Positions 9,389 through 18,744 of a DNA stretch of 64,000 bases are shown one piece after another. The DNA comes from Cenarchaeum sp. (GTDB taxonomy: Archaea > Thermoproteota > Nitrososphaeria > Nitrososphaerales > Nitrosopumilaceae). Positions within the stretch are counted from its first letter, which is position 1; each line of letters begins with the position of its first letter. The stretch is taken from assembly GCA_965242695.1 (NCBI GenBank), contig CBDESU010000002.1, forward strand, positions 1,600,001 through 1,664,000, read 5' to 3'. Both the position numbers and the translations under genes were made by a program. The notes beneath the pieces are model-generated. The model made no database searches, was not told the DNA's origin, and was given only the letters and a program-made list of their open reading frames with translations.

Positions 9389-10342
9389 TCAGGCGTACCG
9401 CGCCAGGTTTTCCCTGAACCACACAAACGTCCTGCGCATCCCCTTCTCGAGGGTAAAGCGCGGCGACCACAGCGGCGCCTCGCCGTCGATCTCGAACGAG
9501 ATCGGGCGGCCGTCGACGACCTCGCCCGGCTCGTACTCGCCCGGCACGATCTCCGTGCCGCTGCCGCCGATCTCGCGCACCAGCCGGGCAAGCTCCATGT
9601 TGTCGACTATCCGCCCGTCGGCGTTTCCGGCGCAGTGCAGGGTCTGCCCGTCGTACTCGGCCGCCTCTGCGACGAGCCTGCCGTAGAACTCTACGACATC
9701 CTCGCCGTACGTCCACAGCCTCTTGGCGCCGGGCGACCTGATGGCCGCCGAGCGGCCGCGCAGGGCGTCGAGGATCAGGCGGGCGGGAAACTCGTCGCTG
9801 CGCATGCGCGCGCCGTACCCGCTGCCGACCCTAGTCACGACGCACCGCACCCCGTGCGACCTGTGGTAGCTCGCGTAGAGGAGCTCGACGGCGGCCTTTG
9901 TCCAGCCGTACAGCGACGAGGGCAGCGGCTGCATGCCGGCCGTGTACCTAGAGCCGGGCGGGTGGCCGTACAGGGTGTTGAACGAGCTCGGGTACACGAG
10001 GATGGGCGCCGAGGAGGGGCCCATGCGGGCGGCGATCTCGAGGAGGCGCAGCGGCGGCAGCACGTTGGCCGCGGCCGTGTACGCCGGGCTAGAGTTCCCG
10101 AACGGCCTGTCGGCCACGCCGAGGCCGCAGTCGATCGCGACGTCTACTCCGGCCAGGTCGTCGCGCACCATGTCGTTGGTCGCCTTCCACATGTACTCGA
10201 TGCGGTCCCTCGATCCGGCGAGCCTCCACGCCTCGTCCAGGCGGCACACGTCGACGCCGCGCACAGAGTACCCGTCCCCGGCGAACCGGTCGCACAGTGC
10301 CGAGCCGATGACGCCGGCGGCCCCGGTCACGAGTATCCTCAC
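9389..10342 (-). CDS. NAD-dependent epimerase/dehydratase (extended SDR)
   Basis: ILVTGAAGVIG Rossmann motif, YGWTK (YxxxK). Confidence 0.9.
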   Translation of the reverse strand: MRILVTGAAGVIGSALCDRFAGDGYSVRGVDVCRLDEAWRLAGSRDRIEYMWKATNDMVRDDLAGVDVAIDCGLGVADRPFGNSSPAYTAAANVLPPLRLLEIAARMGPSSAPILVYPSSFNTLYGHPPGSRYTAGMQPLPSSLYGWTKAAVELLYASYHRSHGVRCVVTRVGSGYGARMRSDEFPARLILDALRGRSAAIRSPGAKRLWTYGEDVVEFYGRLVAEAAEYDGQTLHCAGNADGRIVDNMELARLVREIGGSGTEIVPGEYEPGEVVDGRPISFEIDGEAPLWSPRFTLEKGMRRTFVWFRENLARYA

Positions 10343-10427
10343 GGTGGGGCCGCGCAGGGGCGCCCCCTTTACGCCTTTCGGCCGCGCGCCGCGCGTGCTT
10401 ATATGGCGGAACGGATCCGTACGCCGC

Positions 10428-11339
10428 GTGCGCCGGGTGATCCTGAACATGCACATGCCAAAGACGGGCGGGACGACGCTGAACATGGCGCTCTGGCGCA
10501 GCTTTGGGCGGGGCCACCGCAATATGAGCTACCTGGTTCGGACGGGAACGGGGGGCCGCACGGATCACCTCACGTGGCACAGGGTCGCCTGCATGCGCGA
10601 CCTCTTGGGGACCGAGGCCGTGTGGAGCCTGTCGACGCGCGACGTGATCGACATGCTCGACGCCGATGCGGGGATCGTCTCGCTGTCGCGGCACGGCATG
10701 TACGTGGATCCCGCCTGCGTCGGGAGGGCGGCGGGATGCCCGGACGGCTGCGGCGGATACGACCTGCGGCCGATCTTCTTCGTGAGGAGGTTTGCCCCTT
10801 GGCACATGTCCCTGTACGAGCAGCAGAGGGGGGACCCGGGCAGTCTCGTCCGGCTCAGCCGCGACCCACGGGCCATACTGGCAAAGACGGGGAGTCCGCG
10901 CGAGTACGCGAGGTTTTGCGTCGACAATGCGGACATGCTGGGCAACCACAAGATCATGCACAACTGGACGGGGGCGCAGACCGAGGCGGTCCTCGGCAGC
11001 TTGGGACTCTACCAGGTGGGGTTGACCGAGCGCTACGATGAGAGCCTCGTCGTCATCGAGGATGCGCTGTCGGATGACTTTCCCGGGATAGACCTGTCGT
11101 ACCCGCGGCCCCTGAACGCGGGTGGGGGCGGGCCGCGGGGCAGGGAGGAGCTGGCGCGGCAGATCGGGGACGGCCTGTTGCGCGAGCTGGAGGCGGCGTA
11201 CGCCGAGGATGCGGTCTACGGCCGCATCGAGGCCGAGCTGGACTCTAGGATGTCGCACGTGCGGGACTTTGGGGGGCGGCTAGACGCCTTTAGGGAGCGG
11301 TGCGCGGCGAGGCGGGCGCGCGGGGACAAGGCGGCGTAG
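10428..11339 (+). CDS. Sulfotransferase-family protein
   Basis: HMPKTGGTT 5'-PAPS-binding loop, GLTERYDESL; GTG start inferred from TTATAT at 10399. Confidence 0.8.
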   Translation: MRRVILNMHMPKTGGTTLNMALWRSFGRGHRNMSYLVRTGTGGRTDHLTWHRVACMRDLLGTEAVWSLSTRDVIDMLDADAGIVSLSRHGMYVDPACVGRAAGCPDGCGGYDLRPIFFVRRFAPWHMSLYEQQRGDPGSLVRLSRDPRAILAKTGSPREYARFCVDNADMLGNHKIMHNWTGAQTEAVLGSLGLYQVGLTERYDESLVVIEDALSDDFPGIDLSYPRPLNAGGGGPRGREELARQIGDGLLRELEAAYAEDAVYGRIEAELDSRMSHVRDFGGRLDAFRERCAARRARGDKAA

Positions 11340-11527
11340 GGCATGCGCCCGAACCCGCGCGGGACGGCGCGGAATGTGGGCGCCGGGCGCACCCCGTGCC
11401 GTAGGCGTCGATGCGGGAAGGCATGACCACTGGGCCTGCATTTGGGCCGTAGCCGGCTTCGCGACAAGGGCCGCTTTTGAGAAAAATGGGCCGCGATGAG
11501 CGCCCATTGGACGGCACACCTCGCACT

Positions 11528-11561
11528 TTATAAGGAATGCTTGGCGGCCTAATTCTTATAT
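11528..11561. promoter_or_regulatory. Paired TATA-like boxes (TTATAA 11528, TTATAT 11556), module copy 3
   Basis: Same 28-bp and 29-bp spacings as copies 1 and 2 although flanking sequence has diverged. Confidence 0.65.
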
Positions 11562-11584
11562 ACCGCCGTGCCGCCCTAGGGCCA

Positions 11585-11654
11585 ACCTCGTATGCGAACC
11601 CCTAGGGCGGATGCATTGCATCCGCGACAACCTAGGGCAGATGTGGATACGAGG
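11585..11654 (+). ncRNA. Putative structured ncRNA associated with DUF3800-like gene, copy 3
   Basis: CCTCGTAT/ATACGAGG, CCCTAGG/CCTAGGG, GCGGATGC-ATT-GCATCCGC (compensatory C-G to T-A). Confidence 0.7.
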
Positions 11655-11657
11655 CCT

Positions 11658-12233
11658 TCATTTAAACAGCTTGAACATGCGCTCTTCCAAGGGCTTGGAT
11701 ATGTCGAGTCGAACGGCGCCCTTGGGCTCTATCCCACGTCTGTTCGCCCATGCTAGAACGTCGGCTAGACCATGTGCTGAACCCGGGCTCGCACGGTGCC
11801 ACCCTTGATCATGGACAAAGAACTTGCAGTCGTCGTCGCATTGAAATGCGAGCCGGTGCACCTCGAAGTCGTGCTGCCGCAAGAACTGCTCCACGCGATC
11901 GCGTATCAGATTCCACATGAGGGCGTGGTACGTACGGTACATCTTTTTGTTGGTGACTGGATTGCTCTCTCGCTTTAGTCGATCCCGGAGACTTGAGAAT
12001 GTGCGATTCTTTTCCAGGCGTATACAAAGCCCCATACGGTTTATCCCATCGAAGTTGACTTTGTTGATTATGCCATACTTCGCACTGCGGCCGACGATCC
12101 TGTTCATATGAACCGGCTCGGGACCCAAGCGCCTGGTCAGGGCCTTGATGCTCTCGTTCGTACCAATGACGATTCCCATAAATCTGTGGTTGCCCGACTT
12201 GGGGTCGCCTGAGACATCCATTCCTGCAAGCAT
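11658..12233 (-). CDS. DUF3800-like RNase H-fold protein, copy 3
   Basis: MDVSG / QCDDD / LADVLAWAN; most divergent paralog. Confidence 0.7.
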   Translation of the reverse strand: MLAGMDVSGDPKSGNHRFMGIVIGTNESIKALTRRLGPEPVHMNRIVGRSAKYGIINKVNFDGINRMGLCIRLEKNRTFSSLRDRLKRESNPVTNKKMYRTYHALMWNLIRDRVEQFLRQHDFEVHRLAFQCDDDCKFFVHDQGWHRASPGSAHGLADVLAWANRRGIEPKGAVRLDISKPLEERMFKLFK

Positions 12234-12533
12234 CCGATTTACTCCGCCGCCGCAAATTTAGACGCCCATATATGAATATAATCCGTAGCGGCAAGTCGCA
12301 AGCAGACGCGCTGTATGGAGCCACGCAATGCCAGCAAACCGCGAGGCGGCGCCTGGCGACGCCGCCTTGGCTCGTAACGCAGGGCGGCTCAATGCTGTGC
12401 TCCTGTCGGGCCCCGCCGCCGCAGACCAATTTTGCAGGAACTTGTAGATGGGCGTGATCCACTTGCTTGCCAAAAAGGGTGGCTGGAAAGGGGTGCCGCC
12501 ACGCTCCATGAACTACGGTCGGGGGGACGTGTC

Positions 12534-12560
12534 GGGGGGGGGGGGGGGGGGGGGGGGGGG
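12534..12560 (+). repeat. Poly-G tract (27 G)
   Basis: Direct count. Confidence 0.9.
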
Positions 12561-13863
12561 ATCGCGCGCTCTTCGAATCCTAGAGGCGAGTGCGCCCGCA
12601 CCTTGGGCCGATGTGCTTGGATCGATGCAGTGCGACTCTGGCGATGGCCTTCCCGTCCCTTGCCAGCGGTACAACACGAGTCGTTTTTTTTTGCATGCGA
12701 CTCCGTCCACAGACATGGCGGATTTGGCGCCGCCTTTCTCGTTTGACATGGGTCGTCGTTGGGAAGACGGCGGGGGCTGCCTTGCGCATATTGCAATGCC
12801 TCCCTTGACCTTTCCGGTCTTTCCACACGGTTGAGTCGGTCCTTGGTATGATGGACTTGGACCGGCCACGAGGAGCGGGATGCCCATCCGCGGCGTCTGC
12901 GCACGATGCAGGCAGCCTAGCTGTACCACCGGCCGCTGCGTCGATGCGTGCCGTCGGGCCGCGGGCAAGCGCCTCGCGCTGCCTAGGCGCAAAGGCGCTC
13001 TGCATCCCTGTCACGGGCGGGGGACTCGAATAAAGCGGCATGGGGCGCATCGCATGTGGGGAGGGGGAGTGGAGAATGCGAAATGCCGCCAGCGCGGCCG
13101 TCACGCCTGGCGACCTGGCGGTGGCGGCTGAGGACCTACCGGCATCGCACTGCATGATGGCGCTAGGCGGGATGCGACATGCGACGCCTCTGCCGTATCC
13201 TTGGGACGAGCCCCGCGCGCTGGGTATCCTTATATGAGCCCCGCCGGGCGGTGTGCTGAAGGCACCGCTCTCCCAGGGGATGCCTTCATTAGAGGCAGGT
13301 TGAGGCATTTTTTTGCCCTAACGTGTGGTTTGAGACGGGGCGCGCCCTTGACACGGGGCGCGCCCTGCATAACCCCGCTAGCCTGGGGCGGCATGGAGAA
13401 AGGCCCTGCAACCGGCGCGCGCAGAATCCCGCTGCGGCTTGGTGGGGGTGCCGGCAGGCCGCGGCAGGCCGCCCGCCAGCCCACCCTTCCAGTCCACATC
13501 CCTCCGCCCGACGCCCCGCTGATGCCGGCCGCGCGGCAGGGGAGACCGTTATACCTGCACCTTTCGGGGATGCCGCATGGATGTCCCCGCCGGCGATATC
13601 AGCGTGGCGGCCGCCTGCGGAGCGGCCATGCACCTACTCGAGGCGGGCAAGATATGGCACGCCGAGATATCGGTGCGCACCGGCCTGGGCGCCTCTGCCG
13701 TCGGGATCGTGGCCGACGCCGTGTCGCGGCGCGGCGCGAGGCGGAGGGGGAGGAGGCCGCCGCGACCGGGGCCGCCGCATGGGGCATCGGCTCGCCAGCC
13801 GCCGGATGTGCGCGCAACCGCGCGCAAAAAGCTTATCTATCTTTTCCGGGCGCGCCGCCGTCA

Positions 13864-14652
13864 ATGGAAATGATGGAGCGGCGCGTCACCGTCGACGGCA
13901 ACTCCGTCCGCTACCTGGAATCTCCCGGCCGCGGCGAGGCGCTCCTGCTGGTGCACGGCTTGGGCGCATCGGCCGAGAGGTGGAGCCGCGTCGCGCCCCT
14001 GCTCGGGCGGCGGTACCGCCTGATCGTGCCGGACCTTGTCGGGTACGGGCGCAGCGACAAGCCGGCCGTCGACTACACGCCGGACTTTTTCGTCTCGCTC
14101 GTCGGGTCGCTCCTCGGCCTGCTCGGCGTCGAGCGAGCGCACCTGATCGGCTCGTCGATGGGCGGGCAGGTCGCCGCGCTGTTCGCCGCCGAGAATGCGG
14201 GGCGGGTCGGCCGCCTCGTGCTCGTCTCCCCCTCGGGGCTGATGAGGGATACGACGCCGGCGCTCAACAGGTACATCATGGCCGCCCTCTATCCGCGCAG
14301 GGACAGGGCGCGCGAGTCGTTCGCCGAGATGTCGGCGTCGACCGAGGCGAGCCCGGATATAGTCGACTCGTTCGTCGAGCGCATGGGCGAGCCGAACGCA
14401 AAGATGGCGTTCATGTCGTCGCTGCTAGGGCTGAAGCACTCGGACATTGGCGGCCGACTCAGCGGAATCGCGGCGCCGACGCTCCTCGTGTGGGGCTCGA
14501 ACGATCCAGTCATACCGATCGGGTACGCGCGGCAGTTCTTCTCGGCCATACCGCGCTGCAGGTTCTACCGCATGGAGCGCTCGGGCCATACCCCGTTCGT
14601 CGACAGCCCCGAAAAGTTCGCCCGGGCCGTGCTCGACTTTCTGCCGCCCTAG
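13864..14652 (+). CDS. Alpha/beta fold hydrolase
   Basis: LVHGLG oxyanion motif, PDLVGYGRS, GSSMGG nucleophile elbow, WGSND, GHTP catalytic His. Confidence 0.92.
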   Translation: MEMMERRVTVDGNSVRYLESPGRGEALLLVHGLGASAERWSRVAPLLGRRYRLIVPDLVGYGRSDKPAVDYTPDFFVSLVGSLLGLLGVERAHLIGSSMGGQVAALFAAENAGRVGRLVLVSPSGLMRDTTPALNRYIMAALYPRRDRARESFAEMSASTEASPDIVDSFVERMGEPNAKMAFMSSLLGLKHSDIGGRLSGIAAPTLLVWGSNDPVIPIGYARQFFSAIPRCRFYRMERSGHTPFVDSPEKFARAVLDFLPP

Positions 14653-15044
14653 GCGCCCTGCCCCCGCCCCCGGCGGGCCAGAGGCGGCGGCTCGCAGCCA
14701 CCTGCCTGTGGGCCCTGCCCCGGGGCGCCCGCCCGGCGCCGCCCCGGCCCCTCTGCCTAGGGCGCCTTCATGCCCGCCGTGGCCGTGCGCGAGTCCGCGC
14801 GGCCACCCCGGGCTCCCTTCTCGGCGCCTGGGATGCACCTGTCCGCATGCCGCTCCGATTCGGCCGCGTGGGGGGGGAAGGGCCACGCTGCGCCCTGGCT
14901 GCGATGCTGCGCAGCATGGGCAGGCTCTTGGCGGTGCCGCCTCGGCCCCATCCCATGCCAGCACTCCTCCCCTGCGCCCCTCTGCTAGCCACCCGGATGA
15001 CCTGCCCGCTGGGTATATATGGCGCTCATAACCGCCCGCCGGCA

Positions 15045-15494
15045 ATGAGTGGTAATCAGTACCCTCCAGATCCAGCGAGGATGCTGGCCGAGTGGATGGC
15101 GCGGGCCAGCCAGGCGCAGGGCGAGTTTGCAAAGAACATCGGCGGCGCGATGGGCGGCAGTCAGGCGGATGCGGCCGACGGCGCGCAGGCGCCGGCCGGC
15201 CCGCTGGCCGAGGCGGCCGGCAAGGCGGCCGAGATGCAGGCGGGCCTGCTTCGCATGCTCGGGGCGATGCAGGCGCGCGGCATGGACAAGATGGCCGACA
15301 TTGGGCAGCTGGCCGCCCTGATGATGCCCAACGTGTGCAACTGGGGCGCCTACAAGACGGCCGTGGGCAACAACGGGAGGATATCGATACCAGAGGCCGA
15401 GCGCAGGGCGCTCGGCCTGTCGGACGGCGACCTGGTGCAGGTTATCGTCGTGCCGATATCACGCTCGCAGCGCGAACAGGGGGTGAAACAATGA
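15045..15494 (+). CDS. C-terminal AbrB/MazE-like DNA-binding protein (PhaR-like)
   Basis: VGNNGRISIPEAERRALGLSDGDLVQV AbrB signature; TATATAT upstream. Confidence 0.8.
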   Translation: MSGNQYPPDPARMLAEWMARASQAQGEFAKNIGGAMGGSQADAADGAQAPAGPLAEAAGKAAEMQAGLLRMLGAMQARGMDKMADIGQLAALMMPNVCNWGAYKTAVGNNGRISIPEAERRALGLSDGDLVQVIVVPISRSQREQGVKQ

Positions 15495-15928
15495 GCGCAA
15501 CAGAAGCTACAGGCAAGACAGGAACCGGTTCAAAGGACGCGTACGCGGCCGTCGAGCAGGGCGCCGACAAGATACTCGACACCGTCAGGCAGTCGGTGCC
15601 GCGGTACCACCAGTCGGTCACGAACGTCCAGCAGGAGTACGTCGAGGCGTGCGAGAACATGCTCCACTCCTCGATCATGATGCAGCGCGAGTACGCCCAG
15701 AAGGCGGGCATCGCCGCTAGCGTGCCGGACGCGACGCTGAGGATGTTCAACGAGATCGCGGAGGAGGCGGCAAAGGCCATCTCGGTGCAGAACCAGATGA
15801 CGCTGGCCACCATCGACGCGGCGCAGCAGAACATCAAGACGTTCAACAGCAACGCCAAGGCGTTTGCCGACCTGAACCGGAACATCCTGCAGTCCTGGAT
15901 ATCAGCCTTTACGGCGGCCCGGAGCTAG
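15491..15928 (+). CDS. Helical Ala/Gln-rich protein, phasin (PhaP)-like
   Basis: ATGA overlap with the AbrB gene; amphipathic helical pattern; context resembles haloarchaeal phaR-phaP. Confidence 0.55.
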   Translation: MSATEATGKTGTGSKDAYAAVEQGADKILDTVRQSVPRYHQSVTNVQQEYVEACENMLHSSIMMQREYAQKAGIAASVPDATLRMFNEIAEEAAKAISVQNQMTLATIDAAQQNIKTFNSNAKAFADLNRNILQSWISAFTAARS

Positions 15929-15933
15929 GCTGA

Positions 15934-15983
15934 GGCGGCGGGGCTTTTTGCCCGCCCGAGCCTAATCCAAGACCCGCTTTTTT
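15934..15983 (+). terminator. Possible terminator (GC hairpin and T-tracts)
   Basis: GGCGGGGC-TTTTT-GCCCGCC followed by TTTTTT just after the stop. Confidence 0.4.
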
Positions 15984-16383
15984 GCTCTCTCTCTGGCCCG
16001 CGGCGGCCGCGCGGCGCCGCGGCTAGGGCCCGGGCCGGCGGACCACGCAGCCTTCCGTTCCGCGAGCAGCTGACCGCGGAGGAAAAGGCGGCCGTGGCTG
16101 CGGCGTTCCGATGCGGATATCCGTCCCGCAGCGGCCCTGGCTGATCTGGCCTCGGCGAGCCTGCCGCCCGGCTCTACAGATGTCCTGCATCCCGTCCGTG
16201 CGCCTTGGGCGCATCTGCCCCGCGCCGCAACACGCGGCCCTTGGAGATGCGGCACTCTGGCTTTCGGCTCGCCCGTGGCGAAGACGGGGGCAGCATGCCG
16301 GCGCAACCAGGCCTGCCGGCACAGGTGGCGCCTCCAGACATCCGATGACTCGCGGCGGCCCTGCACGCGCGCATGCCCACGGC

Positions 16384-16404
16384 GGGGGGGGGGGGGGGGG
16401 GGGG
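16384..16404 (+). repeat. Poly-G tract (21 G)
   Basis: Direct count. Confidence 0.9.
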
Positions 16405-16716
16405 TGGGGGTGGGTGCAAGGCCGGCCGGGACCGCACACATGATCGTGGCGCCTTGTCCGGCCCGCCAGAGCGCGCGCCGGTGGGAGCGACTCCTGTGGA
16501 ACCTTCCGTGCTTGGAAGCGCCAGGGGAAGGGGCCAGCTCCGGGTGATCCGCCGCCGGATCTGCGACCGCATCGCACCGGAAGGCCCCGCGCCGCGGCGG
16601 GCGCCATGCGGGGGCCCGCCGGCGCATGCCTCCCCGCCCCCGCCACCTGCGCTCCCGGGGCGCCTGCGCGCCGGCCCTGCCATGATTAAAAAGGCCCCGC
16701 GAGGGCGCCGCGCCGA

Positions 16717-18744
16717 TTGGGAGACCGCATCGTACTCGACACAAGCATCATTGTCAACGGCGAGACCGTGCGGATGATCGACAGGGGCATGTTCGACGGC
16801 GCAGAGGTAGTCATACCAGAGGCCGTCGTCGACGAGCTCCAGTCGCAGGCGTCGCAAAAGCAGGAGCAGGGGTTCGTCGGGTTGCGCGAGATCAAAAAGA
16901 TCCGCGACCTTGCGCCCAACCGCGGCATGACCGTCCGCTTCGAGGGGTCGCGCCCGACGGCCGACGACATACTGCTCTCCGACAGGGGGCGCATCGACGC
17001 CGTCATAAAGGACGCCGCGCGCGACGGCGGCTCGACCCTGTACACGTCCGACAGGGTCCAGGCGATGGTCGCCGAGGCCGAGGGGATCGAGACGCAGCTC
17101 GTCAGGCAGCGCGGCAGGGAGAGGGAGCTCGAATTCACGGGGTTCTTTGATGCCACTACGATGAGCGTCCACCTCAAGGAGGGCCTGCCCCCAAAGGCCA
17201 AGCGGGGCAAGCCCGGCGCGTTCACGCTCGACGACATCGGCGATGCGCCGCTCACGAGGGACCGCATGCGCGGGATCGCCGCCGAGATACTAGAGGCGTC
17301 CAGGTCAGAGGGGGCCGACACCGAGATATCGCGCCCCGGCGCGCTCGTCGTCCAGTACGGCGACTACCGCATCGCCATGACGCAGCCGCCATTCTCGGAC
17401 GGGCACGAGATCACCATAGTCCACCCGATCGTAAAGATGTCGCTCGGCGACTACGGCGTCTCGGAAAAGCTCATGGCGCGGCTCTCGGAAAAGGCCGAGG
17501 GCGTGCTTATATCCGGCCCCCCCGGGTCGGGCAAGAGCACGCTCGCCTCGGGCCTTGCAAACTTTTACCACTCGCGCGGCCGCGTCGTAAAGACGTTCGA
17601 GTCGCCGCGCGACCTCCAGGTCGAGCCAGGGATCACGCAGTATACAAAGCTCGACGGCAGCTTTGAGAATACGGCAGACATACTGCTGCTCGTGCGCCCT
17701 GACTACACCATATTCGACGAGGTGCGGCGCGTCGAGGACTTTGCAGTGTTCTCGGACCTGAGGCTCACCGGGGTCGGCATGGTCGGGGTCGTCCACGCCA
17801 ACGCGCCGCTCGACGCCGTCCAGCGGTTCATCGGCAAGATAGAGCTCGGGATGATACCGAGCGTGCTAGACACCGTCGTGTTCGTAAAGGACGGCGCGAT
17901 AGAAAAGGCGTACGAGCTAGAGCTGATGGTAAAGGTGCCCTCTGGGATGACAGAGCAGGACCTTGCGCGGCCGGTCATCGTGGTGAGCGACTTTGAGGCG
18001 GGCGTGCCCGAGTACGAGATATACACGTTCGGCGAGGAGAATGTCATCGTCCCCGTGCAGGATTCGGGCAAGGGAGGCAAGGGCGGCGGCGAGAAGAGCG
18101 GCATGGCGCGGCTAGCCGAGCAGCGCATCGGCGAGACGTTTCGGCGGTTCGACCCGGGGGCCCGCGTCGAGATAGTCTCGGACGGCAGGGCCAAGGTCAC
18201 GGTCGCCAAGAGGCACGTGGCAAGGATAATCGGCAGGGGCGGCTCGAACATCGCCGAGCTTGAAAAGGCGCTCGGCGTGCGCCTCGACATCGACGGCGTC
18301 GAGGGCGGCGGCGAGGACGACGGCGGCGGGCCGATCACGCTCGGCGGCTACGCGGGGCGCGACGGCGGCGGCAGGGACAGGGGCCGCGGCAGGGGGCGCG
18401 GCCGCGGCAGGGACAGGGACAGGGGCCGCTACGGCGACGAGTACGGCGGCGGCGACGGCGGAGACGACGGCGGCGGCGACGGGGAATATGGCGATCCCGG
18501 CGCGGACCGCGGGCCAGAGATACAGTTCACATTCTCGGAGACCCGCATGGGAACGGTGCTGACCGTCGGCCGCGAGCACATCGGCAGCCGCGCGTCCGTG
18601 TTCGTCGGCGGGCAGTACGTCGACTCGCCAAAGATCACGCACAAGGGGCAGCTAAAGTTCCCGCGCCACTCGCCGCAGGGCCGCCGCTTCGCCGAGATGC
18701 TCACCTCGCCTGGCGACATACGCGTGTACCTCAGAGCCTCCTGA
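16717..18744 (+). CDS. PINc/VapC-family P-loop ATPase with KH domain (PINA-type)
   Basis: PIN IVLDTS, Walker A GPPGSGKS, ESPRDLQ, TIFDEVR, GMVGVVHA, KH IIGRGG; Gly/Arg/Asp-rich insertion. Confidence 0.9.
   Translation: MGDRIVLDTSIIVNGETVRMIDRGMFDGAEVVIPEAVVDELQSQASQKQEQGFVGLREIKKIRDLAPNRGMTVRFEGSRPTADDILLSDRGRIDAVIKDAARDGGSTLYTSDRVQAMVAEAEGIETQLVRQRGRERELEFTGFFDATTMSVHLKEGLPPKAKRGKPGAFTLDDIGDAPLTRDRMRGIAAEILEASRSEGADTEISRPGALVVQYGDYRIAMTQPPFSDGHEITIVHPIVKMSLGDYGVSEKLMARLSEKAEGVLISGPPGSGKSTLASGLANFYHSRGRVVKTFESPRDLQVEPGITQYTKLDGSFENTADILLLVRPDYTIFDEVRRVEDFAVFSDLRLTGVGMVGVVHANAPLDAVQRFIGKIELGMIPSVLDTVVFVKDGAIEKAYELELMVKVPSGMTEQDLARPVIVVSDFEAGVPEYEIYTFGEENVIVPVQDSGKGGKGGGEKSGMARLAEQRIGETFRRFDPGARVEIVSDGRAKVTVAKRHVARIIGRGGSNIAELEKALGVRLDIDGVEGGGEDDGGGPITLGGYAGRDGGGRDRGRGRGRGRGRDRDRGRYGDEYGGGDGGDDGGGDGEYGDPGADRGPEIQFTFSETRMGTVLTVGREHIGSRASVFVGGQYVDSPKITHKGQLKFPRHSPQGRRFAEMLTSPGDIRVYLRAS

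Noticed and set aside
7173-9716. 847-aa ORF as a single protein
   Set aside because: The N-terminal ~470 aa is Arg/Pro/Gly-rich shadow translation overlapping the radical SAM and epimerase genes; only the C-terminal GT2 part is credible.
12260-13860. ORFs in the long intergenic stretch
   Set aside because: No recognisable motifs or host-like coding pattern; probably noncoding or decayed DNA.
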